Positions 1 through 12,386 of a stretch of 62,834 nt of DNA are shown here, piece after piece; position 1 is the first letter of the stretch, and every line of letters begins with the position of its first letter. A program made the position numbers and the translations under genes. Origin of the DNA: Actinomycetes bacterium. GTDB lineage: Bacteria; Actinomycetota; Acidimicrobiia; Acidimicrobiales; Bog-793. The stretch covers positions 1 through 62,834 of the forward strand of contig JAKABX010000002.1 of NCBI GenBank assembly GCA_021796545.1. The letters are read 5' to 3'. The notes below the pieces were generated by a model. It was not told the DNA's origin. It saw only the letters and a list, made by a program, of their open reading frames with translations, and did no database searches.

Positions 1-141
1 GAACGGGCCCTTCGCGCCCCGCACGTCGGTGACACATCGGGTCCGCGCGGGGCGCGGCGACGCCGGCGCGCGCCCGCCGGAGCTCGCGCCCTTCGGGGCG
101 CGCAGCACAGCGCGCCGGTCCGGTCTCGCCCCGGGACCCCG

Positions 142-2325
<2,184 letters not shown>

Positions 2326-3536
2326 CTGGTCATCCCTCCTCTCTCCACACCACGATCTGCCCGGGCGGGCGATCGGCGCCGAGCTCGTCGCGCGTCCGGC
2401 AACCACGCGACCCGGGTCGAGGTCGAGCCTGCAGCCTTTCCTCGAGTTGGCGCCGCGTCAAGCGTCGCATCATCGCGCCCACCGAGCGCGGGCGGTCGCC
2501 GCGGGGTCGATCCACGCACGCGGAGGTGCGCGTCACCCGGCCGATGCCGCTCGGGCGGCGGAACCCGCCCGACAAGAAGGGAACCGCGCCGTCTCCGACG
2601 GGCCGGCTCCCTGCGCAACGGCCGGCGCTCCACCGGCGCCCCGCCCCGGACCCCGATGACGCCGCCGCGTCGGCGTCGGGTGCCGAAGAGTTGAGGACCC
2701 GCCCCCGCGACGCCCGGCGGTGCGGGGGGTGATCGGCTGCGCCGACGTCGCGCCGCCCGACGTCGCGGGTGACGTTCCTCGGGTCGACGCCGGCCAGCCT
2801 CGCGGCGGCGTTCGCGCTGGGGTGAGCTCCAAGGTCTCGAGGATCTCCATGATCTCCCTGCCAGAGCCGGTCACTCGGTCTCCGGATGGGTTGCTTCGGC
2901 GGAGCGCAGCGCCATCGGGCACACCCGACCGGGGGGCAGCTCTGGTGGATGGTGCGCAGACCTGCTGTCGATCGGCGTGGAGCCTGCCGTCCGCCACAGG
3001 GAGTCTGCGATGTCCGCCCTCACGCCGCGGCGGCAATGGAATCCGTCGTCGGAGTTTGAGCAGGCGATGGAATCACTTGTGCCAGGGTCGTTCCTCTGTC
3101 AGGATGGCCATGCGGCGAGGCCTTATCGGCCCCGCCCACAGCAGCGGGTCGGGGGGCGGCAAGCAGGGCTGGGGGTCAGTTTGGGGGAACGGCAACGGCG
3201 TTGGCGCCGTGGTTCGCGCGCCCCTTGGGCTGCCGGCCCCACGTTGCACCCGCACGCGCGTCGGGCGTCCTCGACCGTGGCGTCGCCGGCCGGTGCACCG
3301 ACGCGCGCCGTGGCGCACCGATGTATCACGGCTTCACTGCCGGAGATCGGAGGCCGAACGCCCCGGCCGCGCCTGTTCAGGAGGGGAAAGGGGGATCTTC
3401 GAAACGGGTCGACGAATCGCCGGCCTGTGAACTAATCGGTCGCCCATTGACCTTCGGGTTGCGGAATCGTTACGGTGGCCGCTCGAGGCTCGACGACGAG
3501 CGGTCCCTTTGGCTACGTCTGGCTAGGAGCTGCGCC

Positions 3537-5444
3537 ATGTGCCCTACTCGATCTTTTCCTGACGGCTCCGGCGGTCTCCGGCGCCGCCCGTTGTCTTTGG
3601 GGGCCTCCTCGTGCAGACACCGGCTCCGTCGCTTGGGTGCGGCCGCGTTGGCGGCGACCGTCGTCATCGGGACGGGCGCCGTCGCCAGTGCGGCGGCGAC
3701 GCCGGCGGCCCGTGTGGCGCCGCGCGCCGCCCATGGCAAAAGCGGCGGGGTCGCGAGCTACGCGCTGTCGATCGGCGAGGACTTCTCCTGGATGTTCCCG
3801 ATCGAGAACACTGCCAACTACGAGGACTGGAACTCCAACGTCGAGGGTGGCATGTGGCGCCCGCTGTACTTCGCCGGCAACGGGTCGAAGACGGGGATCG
3901 ACGACAAGCTGTCGCTCGCCAATCCACCCGTCTACTCGCACAACAACACGACCGTCACGGTCACGATGAAGAAGAACTACCGCTGGTCCGACGGCACCAA
4001 GGTGACGAGCGCGGACGTGAAGTTCTTCTTCGAGCTCTTGAGTGCCGGAAAGAACAAGGACGGCGCCTACATTCCCGGCGAGATGCCCGACGATGTGACC
4101 AGCGTCTCGTACCCGACGCCGTACAGCTTCGTGATGCACCTGAACCACTCCTACAACCCCGCGTGGTTCACCGGGAACCAGCTCACCTGGATCTACCCGC
4201 TGCCCGCGCAGGCCTGGGACAAGACCTGCGCGACCTGCAAGGTCACCAACGCCGCGGCCACCAAGTCGGGGGCGAGCGCGGTCTTCAACTTCTTGTACAA
4301 GCAGTCCGAGGATCTACGCACCTATGCGACCAACCCACTCTGGAAGGTCGTCGACGGGCCGTGGGTCATCAAGTCCTACGACCCGACGACCTTTGCTGCG
4401 TCCTTCTCCCGCAACGACCGCTACAGCGGACCGGGCAAGCCACGGCTCAGCGGCTACCAGATCTACAGCTTTGCTTCGGACACCGCCGAGCTCGACGCGC
4501 TCCGCTCAGGGACGATCACCTTTGGCTTCCTGCCCTTCAGCGACGTGAGTCAGGCCTCGTACTTCACGAGCCACGGCTTCACGGTCAAGCCGTGGCAGGT
4601 CTTCTACAACGAGACCATCGAGCTCGGCTTCACGAACAAGACCTACGGGCCACTCGTCAAGCAGCTCTACATTCGACAGGCGCTCCAGCACCTGGTCGAC
4701 GAGCAGCTCTACCTGCAGCGCGCGCTGCACGGCTACGGGCTTCCCGACTACGGCGTCGCGCCCGACTACCCGGGGTCGTCCTTCGTGAGTCCCCAGTTGC
4801 GCAGCGACCCCTATCCCTACAACCCCTCGGCGGCCGCGAAGCTGCTGAAGGCGCACGGCTGGAAGTCGGGTCCGGGCGGCGTCGACGTCTGCACGAAGCC
4901 GGGAACAAAGTCCGACGAGTGCGGTGCCGGGATCAAGAAGGGCACGCCGCTCAGCTTCTCCTTCATGTACTCGACCGGCACGCCGAGCTTCGCGGCCCAG
5001 GTCGAGGCGTTCCAGACGGTGGCGAAGTCGGTCGGCATCGGGGTCACGCTGAACGGCCAGACCCAGAACACGATGTTCTCGATCGGTGGCGTGTGCCCGT
5101 CGTCGCCCCCCTGCAACTGGGGCCTGCTCGGCTACTCGAGCTTCATGTGGGACTTCGGCCAGTACGAGCTGCTGCCCGTCGGCGGCAACCAGTTCGGCAA
5201 GGGGAACTTCTGGGCGGGCGGCTACAACTCCGCAAAGGCCCAGGCGCTCATCACCGCCGCGCACGAGAAGCCCGGCCTGAACGCCCTCTACGCGGTCGAG
5301 AACTACCTCTCCAAGGACGTGGCCTCGCTGTGGTGGCCGGTCTCGGACTACGAGATCGTCGTCGCGAAGGACAGTCTCGGGGGCTGGCAGCACCTCAACC
5401 CCTACGCCAACTACCACCCCTCGACGTGGTACTTCAAGAGCTAG
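3537..5444 (+). CDS. ABC transporter substrate-binding protein, family 5 (peptide/nickel type)
   Basis: ORF 3201..5444. Start trimmed to ATG 3537 (AGGAG about 8 nt upstream). This gives an Arg-rich n-region plus hydrophobic signal (RLRRLGAAALAATVVIGTGAVASAAA). Long soluble domain typical of SBP_bac_5. Same locus as the two permeases and the ATPase. Confidence 0.85.
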   Translation: MCPTRSFPDGSGGLRRRPLSLGASSCRHRLRRLGAAALAATVVIGTGAVASAAATPAARVAPRAAHGKSGGVASYALSIGEDFSWMFPIENTANYEDWNSNVEGGMWRPLYFAGNGSKTGIDDKLSLANPPVYSHNNTTVTVTMKKNYRWSDGTKVTSADVKFFFELLSAGKNKDGAYIPGEMPDDVTSVSYPTPYSFVMHLNHSYNPAWFTGNQLTWIYPLPAQAWDKTCATCKVTNAAATKSGASAVFNFLYKQSEDLRTYATNPLWKVVDGPWVIKSYDPTTFAASFSRNDRYSGPGKPRLSGYQIYSFASDTAELDALRSGTITFGFLPFSDVSQASYFTSHGFTVKPWQVFYNETIELGFTNKTYGPLVKQLYIRQALQHLVDEQLYLQRALHGYGLPDYGVAPDYPGSSFVSPQLRSDPYPYNPSAAAKLLKAHGWKSGPGGVDVCTKPGTKSDECGAGIKKGTPLSFSFMYSTGTPSFAAQVEAFQTVAKSVGIGVTLNGQTQNTMFSIGGVCPSSPPCNWGLLGYSSFMWDFGQYELLPVGGNQFGKGNFWAGGYNSAKAQALITAAHEKPGLNALYAVENYLSKDVASLWWPVSDYEIVVAKDSLGGWQHLNPYANYHPSTWYFKS

Positions 5445-5489
5445 GCCCTCTCGGGTTCGGGCCGGTCGGCAACTCTGCTGTCGTCCTCC

Positions 5490-6726
5490 ATGGCTGAGCG
5501 GGCGATTGTCGCCCGCTCCGGTGGGGTCGTCGGGACGGGTCGGGCCAACCGGTCCTTCGGTGGGGCGGTGGCGGTCCGCGGGGGGCGGATCGCCACCGTC
5601 GGCAGTGCAGAGGGGCGCCGCGAGCGGCTTGCGCCGTCCCGCCAGCGACACGGGCACCACGAGAGCGCGAGGGAACGCGTCGGCCAGCTCGTCCCGGGTG
5701 CGGACGCCGACGAGCGTGTGCTGCGCGACGCGCCGTGCCGTTTGAGCGCACTCGGGGCGACCACGTGGTAGGACGCCGAGACCGACGGAGTCCCCAGGGC
5801 CTCTGCGCGGGGTTCCAAACGCGCAACGCTCTCAGCGCCCGTGTGCGGCTTGCCTCGTCCCGGGAACTCGGGCGTGGCGTAGGGCAGATCCCCGGGCTCG
5901 ACGCGGCTCGGGCGCACGTGGCGCAGCAGGATCCGGACACCTCCAGCGCCAGGATCAGCCTCGACGGCGTCCTTCAGACCCGGAGGGCGCTCCCCGATCC
6001 CTCCTCGACTTGTGCGACGGCGACGACTGGCGCCACCAGCCGGGGTCCGGCGCGCTCATCCGGGCTTTCGAGCTCGCCACCGACGCCGTGCGTCTCTTCG
6101 CCGCGGAGCCGCTCCCGGTCCCTTGCCACTCGGCCGGCCGTGGCGTGGTGCGCGCCGGGCTCGAGGTGGTGGTGGCAGCTCGCGTGTGGACCGGTGAAGG
6201 CACCCTGCGCCAGCGCGTCGCGCCGGTCCGGCGCATCCGCTCCGAGGACCGCGCGCGCCGGCGCGCGCCCGGGCCCGCCGCCGGCGCTCAGGCGTTCGGG
6301 GCCTGGTTGGAGCCGCAGGTGATCGAACCCACGGTCCGGGTCCTCGGCGCCGAGCGCGCCGGCTGGCAGTGTCCCTGCGCGAGTCTCGCGGGCTGGCCGG
6401 ACCGGCCGGTGTCGACAGCCGATCCACTCGAGCAGGTGTCCGCTGCCGTCGCCTGCGTTCTTCCTGGTTTCCCGCGCTCGGGCGCGCCCGGCGCGCCGAG
6501 CGCCGGATGGCTCGTCGCCGACCACGGCGCGCGCGGGACGCGAGGCGTGGAGGCCGGCAAGCCCGCCGTCCCTGGAGTTCTCGCGCCGGATCCCTCCACG
6601 AAAGGGGCCGGTCGGCGGCCCGAGGCAGGCGTCCTGCTCACCATGGTTGTCGGCCCAGTCATCTCCGGCGCCGGGACGCTCTTGGTCCCGGGCGGCGTGG
6701 CGCCCGGTCGCGGTGCGTGGCGATGA
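5490..6726 (+). pseudogene. Possible decayed gene remnants (amidohydrolase / D-aminoacylase-like N-terminus) filling the SBP-permease gap
   Basis: Frame 5490..5771 begins AIVARSGGVVGTGRANRSFGGAVAVRGGRIATVG, resembling the N-terminal beta-sandwich of N-acyl-D-amino-acid deacylases, then stops. Frame 6010..6726 has strong GC3 periodicity and ends in an ATGA overlap with the permease start at 6723. No intact ORF with recognisable catalytic motifs. Confidence 0.2.
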
Positions 6727-7664
6727 CGGCGTTCATCGCCCGGCGGATCGGCCAGGCGCTCGTCGTCTTGTTCCTCGTCACGATCATCGTCTTCGGCCTG
6801 CTCCACGCGCTGCCCGGTGGTCTGGTCCGGGCCCAGCTCGGCCCGAAGGCGTCGGTGTACGCCGTCCACCAGCTCGCGGTGCAAGAGGGTTTGACCAAGC
6901 CCCTGCCCGTGCAGTACCTCGTCTGGCTCGATCACGCGGTCCGCGGCGACCTCGGCTTCTCCTACAAGCTGAACACCCCGGTCTCGACGCTGCTCGCCGA
7001 GTACTTCCCCCGCGACCTGCTCCTCACGGGTCTCGCGATCGCGCTCGCGATCGCCGTCTCCATCCCCCTCGGCGTGCTCCAGGGCTACCGGCGGAACAAG
7101 GGCGTCGACTACGTCTTCTCCGGCACGCTGCTCGCGCTCTACTCGATGCCGAGCTTTCTGCTCGGGGTGATCGCGATCATCGTCCTCAACATCGAGCTTC
7201 CACTGCTGCCCTCGACCGCCCAGGAGTTCGGCCACGGCTTCGGGACCGACGCGAAGGTCCTCGCCCTTCCGGTGCTCACCTTGATGCTCGGCAACATCGC
7301 CTACTACAGCCGCTACGTGCGCTCCTCGGTGATCGACAACCTCCTCGAGGACTACGTGCGCACGGCGCGCGCCAAGGGTGCGGGATGGTCGCGGGTGCTC
7401 GTCGGCCACGTCCTGCGCAACTCCTTGATGCCCGTGGTCTCGCTCATCGGCATCAGCTTCCCCTACGTGGTCAGCGGGTCGCTCATCGTCGAGGCGCTGT
7501 TCGACTACCCGGGCATGGGCCTGTTGTTCTGGGATGCCGAGCAGAGCCGGGACTACCCCGTCCTGCTCGGTGTCGTGCTCCTCGTCAGCGTCGCCGTCGT
7601 CATCGGCAGCCTCGTCGCGGACGTCGCGTACGCCATCCTCGATCCGAGGATCCGCTATGAGTGA
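6723..7664 (+). CDS. ABC transporter permease (DppB/OppB type)
   Basis: ORF 6369..7664 trimmed to ATG 6723. N-terminus MTAFIARRIGQALVVLFLVTIIVFGLLHALPGG is the classic DppB/OppB start. Multi-TM protein. Confidence 0.9.
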   Translation: MTAFIARRIGQALVVLFLVTIIVFGLLHALPGGLVRAQLGPKASVYAVHQLAVQEGLTKPLPVQYLVWLDHAVRGDLGFSYKLNTPVSTLLAEYFPRDLLLTGLAIALAIAVSIPLGVLQGYRRNKGVDYVFSGTLLALYSMPSFLLGVIAIIVLNIELPLLPSTAQEFGHGFGTDAKVLALPVLTLMLGNIAYYSRYVRSSVIDNLLEDYVRTARAKGAGWSRVLVGHVLRNSLMPVVSLIGISFPYVVSGSLIVEALFDYPGMGLLFWDAEQSRDYPVLLGVVLLVSVAVVIGSLVADVAYAILDPRIRYE

Positions 7665-8628
7665 GCAGGACCCCCTCCGCCCGGCCGGCGCGCCCGCCGG
7701 CACCGTGCTCGCCACCGGCGCCGTGGTCGGGGCCGCAGCAGGCGATGCGGACGGCGCGACGGTCCCGACGGCGAGGCGCCCGGCGTGGCGGGAGAACCTC
7801 ACCACCTTCGCCCACAACCGTTTCGCCCTCGCGGGCCTGATCGTGCTCATCGCGTTCACGGCGTTCTGCTTCCTCGGCCCGCTCGTGTACCCGACGAACC
7901 AGAGCGCGACCAACCTCCTCAACGAGAACCTCCCGCCGTCTTCGCAGTTCCCGCTCGGCACGAGCCCGGAGGGCTTCGACATCCTCGGCCGGCTCATGCT
8001 CGGTGGCCAGAGCACACTCGAGGTCGGCTTCGCCGCCGCGATCGTCGCGACGGCCTTCGGGGCGCTGTGGGGCGCGATCGCGGGGTACGCGGGGGGCTTC
8101 GTCGACGCTGTGCTGATGCGCATCGTCGACACCATGTTGTCGATCCCGTTTTTGTTCTTCGTCGTCCTGGTCGGCACGCTGCTCCAGCCCACCCTGCCGC
8201 TCATCGTGCTCGCGATCAGCTCGGTGAGCTGGCTGTCGACCGCGCGCGTCGTGCGCGGCGAGACGCTCTCGCTGCGCACGCGCGACTACGTGGTCGCGGC
8301 GCGGGGCTTCGGCATCGGGCACCTGAGCCTCGTGGTCCGCCACATCGTGCCGAACGCGCTCGGTGCCATCGTCGTCAACGCGACGCTGAAGGTCGCCGAT
8401 GCGATCCTGCTTTTCGCGTCGATCAGCTTCCTCGGGCTCGGTGAGCCGCCTCCCGCGACGAACTGGGGCCGGATGCTGACGACCGGCATCAACAACCTCT
8501 TCGACGGCTACTGGTGGCAGCTGTGGCCCGCGGCGATCGCGATCGTCGCGACCGTCGTGGCGATCAACGCTGTTGGCGACGGGTTGCACGACGTCGTGGA
8601 GAAGCGCCTCCAAGGGGGTCACGGCTGA
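7657..8628 (+). CDS. ABC transporter permease (DppC/OppC type)
   Basis: ORF 7534..8628 trimmed to ATG 7657 (8-nt overlap with the upstream permease stop). Multi-TM protein with C-terminal GDGLHDVV motif typical of DppC. Confidence 0.9.
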   Translation: MSEQDPLRPAGAPAGTVLATGAVVGAAAGDADGATVPTARRPAWRENLTTFAHNRFALAGLIVLIAFTAFCFLGPLVYPTNQSATNLLNENLPPSSQFPLGTSPEGFDILGRLMLGGQSTLEVGFAAAIVATAFGALWGAIAGYAGGFVDAVLMRIVDTMLSIPFLFFVVLVGTLLQPTLPLIVLAISSVSWLSTARVVRGETLSLRTRDYVVAARGFGIGHLSLVVRHIVPNALGAIVVNATLKVADAILLFASISFLGLGEPPPATNWGRMLTTGINNLFDGYWWQLWPAAIAIVATVVAINAVGDGLHDVVEKRLQGGHG

Positions 8629-8692
8629 CCGGCGGCGGGGGGTGGAGGGTGATGGACATCTCCGAGAAGTGCGCAGGGATCGCGGTCCCTCG

Positions 8693-10108
8693 GTGACGGG
8701 CGTCGGCGCGCAGCAGCGGGGCGCTGCGGCGCTCAGCGACGCGTCGCACGTCCCGCTGTGGCTCGACACGCCGGTGCGCCCCGCGCCCCGGCCGGCCGTG
8801 TCGGGTGCCACGCGGGCGCGACTCGCGGTCGTCGGTGCGGGGTTCACCGGTTTGTGGAGCGCGTTGCGCGCGCTCGAACGCGACCCGTCGTGCGCGCTCG
8901 TCGTGCTCGAGGCCGACCGCGTCGCGTCTGCCGCGACCGGCCGCAACGGTGGCTTCGTCGACGCGAGTCTCACCCACGGCCTCGAGAACGGGATCGCGCA
9001 CTTCCCCTCCGAGATCGCGGTCCTCGAGAGGCTCGGTCGGGAGAATCTCGACGGGCTCGAGGAGACGCTGAGACGCGAGGCGATCGACTGCGGCTACGAG
9101 CGGAGCGGTGCGATCGACGTTGCGACCCGGCGGTGGCATGTCGCCGCCCTCGCGCAGGGCGCGAAGACGGCGGAGGACCACGGGGAGCACGTCGAGCTGC
9201 TCGACGCGGCCGAGACGCGCGCGCGTGTTGACTCGCCGACCTACCTCGGGGGACTGCGCCGTCCCGGCTCGACCGCCATCGTGGACCCGGCGCGCCTCGC
9301 CTGGGGGCTTGCGCGCGCCGTCGAGGCGCGCGGCGGAGTGATCCACGAGACAAGCCCGGTGACCGCTCTGTCAGGCGAGGGCCGCTTTCTGCGCCTGTCG
9401 ACGCCGTCGGGAACGGTGATCGCCGACAGGGCCGTGCTGGCGACGAACGCGTTCCCGCCGCTCGTCCCCAAGGTGCGCCGCTACGTGCTTCCCGTCTACG
9501 ACTACGTCCTTGCGAGCGAGCCTCTCGACGCCGCACAGCTCGCCACCGTGGGCTGGAGGGGGCGCGAGGGCCTCTCGGACGTGGGCAACCAGTTCCACTA
9601 CTACCGCCTCACGCCGGACAACCGGATCCTGTTCGGCGGCTACGACGCGATCTACCACTACGCCAATGGCATCGGCGGGGGCCGCGACGTCCGACCCGCC
9701 AGCTTCGCACTGCTTGCCGGTCATTTCTTCGAGACCTTCCCGCAGCTGGAGGGCCTCCGCTTCACCCACGCCTGGGGGGGCGCGATCGACACCTGCTCGC
9801 GCTTTTGCGCGTTCTTCGGCACCGCTGAGCACGGACGCGTAGCGTACGCGGCCGGATTCACCGGTCTTGGTGTCGGTGCCTCGCGTTTCGCCGCGGACGT
9901 GCTCGTCGATCTCGTCTCGGGGATCTCGTCGGAGAGAACGGCGCTGGAGATGGTCAACACCAAGCCGTTTCCGTTCCCGCCCGAGCCCCTCCGCTCGCTC
10001 GTCGTGGCGCGCACCCGTCGCTCGCTCGCGTATGCGGACGCGCACGGGGGCCGGCGCGACCGGTGGCTCCGTCTGCTCGACCGCTTCGGCATCGGCTTCG
10101 ACTCCTGA
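8693..10108 (+). CDS. FAD-dependent oxidoreductase (DAO family)
   Basis: ORF 8573..10108. Dinucleotide-binding motif LAVVGAGFTGLWSAL near the N-terminus. GTG 8693 chosen as start (uncertain). Confidence 0.8.
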   Translation: MTGVGAQQRGAAALSDASHVPLWLDTPVRPAPRPAVSGATRARLAVVGAGFTGLWSALRALERDPSCALVVLEADRVASAATGRNGGFVDASLTHGLENGIAHFPSEIAVLERLGRENLDGLEETLRREAIDCGYERSGAIDVATRRWHVAALAQGAKTAEDHGEHVELLDAAETRARVDSPTYLGGLRRPGSTAIVDPARLAWGLARAVEARGGVIHETSPVTALSGEGRFLRLSTPSGTVIADRAVLATNAFPPLVPKVRRYVLPVYDYVLASEPLDAAQLATVGWRGREGLSDVGNQFHYYRLTPDNRILFGGYDAIYHYANGIGGGRDVRPASFALLAGHFFETFPQLEGLRFTHAWGGAIDTCSRFCAFFGTAEHGRVAYAAGFTGLGVGASRFAADVLVDLVSGISSERTALEMVNTKPFPFPPEPLRSLVVARTRRSLAYADAHGGRRDRWLRLLDRFGIGFDS

Positions 10109-10538
10109 CCGCCGCTCGGCGGGCTCCCTCGGGCTCTCCTGGCGGGAGGTCACGCGCGGCGCGCGCCCATGGCCGGGCGGCGCGCCACGGGACCGGCGCG
10201 GCACCGGTGAGGGCGCTGCGCGACGCCAGTGTTGTTGGGACGGCAAGGCCGGACGCGGCGGTCGGTGCCCGAGCCCACCACGACCACGACCTCGTCGTCG
10301 CCGGGTCCGCGGGGGCTGGCGGGCTCGGGGACGCCCCTTCTTCGGTCCCGGATCTTGCTCCACTCGCGGCCGTGGTCACGAGCGGTTCCTGGCGCTCCGG
10401 CCGGCCGCCCGGCGCGACCGGGTCTCGGCGGTTGCCCAGGGGCTCAGATGCCGACGCGCGGGGCGCCGCGGCGCACCGGGCTCAGTAGAGTTCGTCCGTG
10501 ACCGCTGGCCGCGAGCGAGCCGGCCGCTGCCGGTCGAG

Positions 10539-12323
10539 ATGACCGCCCCCCTTGCGGCATCTCGGGAACCTCGGGGTCCCGACCGGGTGCTGGCGGCAGC
10601 GGACTGGTCGGTGATCGGCGTCTTGTGCGTGCTCGCGGTCGTGCTGCCCGCGCTCCTGGCGCTGTCCGCGGGTTCGTTCTCGCTTCCGAGCATCGATGAC
10701 TGGGCGTACCGCCGGGTGGCCGAGACCTTTGCCCAGAGCGCAACGCTGCGCTTCAGCGGGTACGTGGCGATGACGCTGATCGGCCAGGTCCTTTGGTCCT
10801 GGCCGTTCCTCCGCCTGCTCGGCGGGGGTGCCTGGGGCTTTGCCGCGTCCACTGCGGTCCTCGCGGTCGTCGGGATCGCCAGCGCGTACTACATCGGCCG
10901 TTCGATCCTCAGCCGTGTGTGGGCGGCGGGCGCGGTTCTCGTGTTGATCCTCGCGCCCGGCTTCGCGGGAAACACCTCGACCTTCATGACCGACGTCCCG
11001 ACGACCAGCTGCGAGCTCGTCTGCGTGGCGCTCGGCCTCGCCGCGATCCGCCGGCGTGGTCGCTCTCGCGCGGGCCTGCTCGCGGCGTCGCTTGCCGCCG
11101 GCGTCTTCGGGTTCGCGGTGCGTGAGTTCGCGGTCGTGGCGCCGCTTTCCGTGCTGTTTTGCGCGGCGATCGGCGCCGAGCGGCGGGACCGGGCGAAGTA
11201 CCTGCTCGCGGGACTCGTCGAGCTGCTCGTCTGCGCCGCGATCTACCTGTGGTGGCTCCGCCAACCCGGCGGGGTCCACCAGCCGCTGCTTCTCCCCTCC
11301 ACCATCACCTTGGTCCGCCTGGTCCAGGGGTACTTCACCCTCGCGTTCATGGTCTCGCCGGCCGTCGCGGCCGTCCTGTGGCGGCGCCGACGCGCGCCCG
11401 TGGCGCCGCGCGCCGCACTGTCAGCGGTGCTCGTCCTCCTGCTCGGACTCGCCGCGGACGCGAACGCTGGCAGCGTCTTTGTCGGCGACTTCCTCGCGCG
11501 CCGCGGAGCGGTGGGGACGCTCCTGCTCGACGGATCCCGCCCCGCGCTGTTCCCCCAGGCGCTCTGGGATCTCATCAGCGTCGTGGGTCTCGTCGCCGGC
11601 GCCACCCTGGCGGGACTCGCGCTCGGCGGGGACCGAGACAGAGTCCGGGAGTGGAGGACGTGGGACTGGGCCGGTCCGCTGGGGCTGGTCCGGATCTTCG
11701 TGATCTTCTTCGGCGCCGGCAGCGTGGTCTACCTGCTCGCCACGACCTTCCTGTGGGACCGCTATCTCTGGCCGCTCGCGTTCTTCGTCGTGCTCTTGCT
11801 CCTCGGCGGCGGACCACGGGGCGTCCCGGCGCGGCGCTGGGCAAAACGCGTCGGCCGGGGCGTGGCCGCGTTGTTGTGGGTCCTGCTCGGGCTCGTCGCT
11901 GCCAGCGTGACCCTCAACACCGACGCGTACGACGCGGGCCGTTGGCGGGCGGGCGAGCTGGCGGTCGCGCGCGGGGTTCCGGCGCGTGAGGTCGACGCGG
12001 GCTTCGAGTGGGTCGGTGCGCACAGCCGGACGATCGCGAATCTGGCGCTCGACCCGCGGGTCCCGGGTTTCGAAGCGTGGTACGCGCGGATTCAGCCGGG
12101 CTTCCGCGAGTGCGCCGTGGTCTCCGGCTCCCGGCTGGCGAGCCGCGCGCTGCGCCCGATCGGGGTCGCGAGATATCGCCTGTGGTCCTTCGCCGGTCCC
12201 TCGGAGCCGCTCTTTGTGTACCGCGTTGCGGGCTGCAAGGCACCGCCCGCCGTGTCCGCGCCGGCCACCGGAGCCGCCGGGCCGCGCGCGACCGGCATGC
12301 CGAGAGAACCGGAGCGCCGTTGA
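10539..12323 (+). CDS. Polytopic membrane protein, GT39/ArnT-like (PMT_2-type) glycosyltransferase candidate
   Basis: ORF 9867..12323 trimmed to ATG 10539. About 12 hydrophobic segments, an early extracytoplasmic loop with D-x-W (SIDDWAY), and a soluble C-terminal domain. Family assignment is from general architecture only. Confidence 0.6.
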   Translation: MTAPLAASREPRGPDRVLAAADWSVIGVLCVLAVVLPALLALSAGSFSLPSIDDWAYRRVAETFAQSATLRFSGYVAMTLIGQVLWSWPFLRLLGGGAWGFAASTAVLAVVGIASAYYIGRSILSRVWAAGAVLVLILAPGFAGNTSTFMTDVPTTSCELVCVALGLAAIRRRGRSRAGLLAASLAAGVFGFAVREFAVVAPLSVLFCAAIGAERRDRAKYLLAGLVELLVCAAIYLWWLRQPGGVHQPLLLPSTITLVRLVQGYFTLAFMVSPAVAAVLWRRRRAPVAPRAALSAVLVLLLGLAADANAGSVFVGDFLARRGAVGTLLLDGSRPALFPQALWDLISVVGLVAGATLAGLALGGDRDRVREWRTWDWAGPLGLVRIFVIFFGAGSVVYLLATTFLWDRYLWPLAFFVVLLLLGGGPRGVPARRWAKRVGRGVAALLWVLLGLVAASVTLNTDAYDAGRWRAGELAVARGVPAREVDAGFEWVGAHSRTIANLALDPRVPGFEAWYARIQPGFRECAVVSGSRLASRALRPIGVARYRLWSFAGPSEPLFVYRVAGCKAPPAVSAPATGAAGPRATGMPREPERR

Positions 12324-12386
12324 TACCCAGCGCCGCGCTGTCGACGTGTCGGCTGCTCCCCGGCGGGTCGGGGTCGGGCGGTGGGC

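Noticed and set aside
85-102. CGCGCCC-TTCG-GGGCGCG hairpin about 40 nt downstream of the double-NBD ATPase stop, as a terminator.
   Set aside because: It has only a 7-bp stem and no U tract, and it lies at the window edge with unknown downstream context. Such hairpins are frequent by chance in this composition, so it is not listed as a feature.
3030-3120. ATGGAATC direct repeat (two copies about 30 nt apart) in an AT-richer patch of the 2326..3536 region.
   Set aside because: There are only two 8-nt copies with no symmetry and no clear positional relation to either divergent start, which is insufficient to call a binding site.
6288-8279. 663-aa minus-strand ORF spanning both permease genes. 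Similar long ORFs occur elsewhere, e.g. 3611..5497 (+), 24343..26493 (-), 15384..16412 (-) and 35860..36720 (-).
   Set aside because: These are Arg/Pro/Gly/Asp-rich low-complexity translations lying antisense or out of frame to genes with clear family motifs. They are the classic shadow ORFs of a very GC-rich genome and have no recognisable domains.
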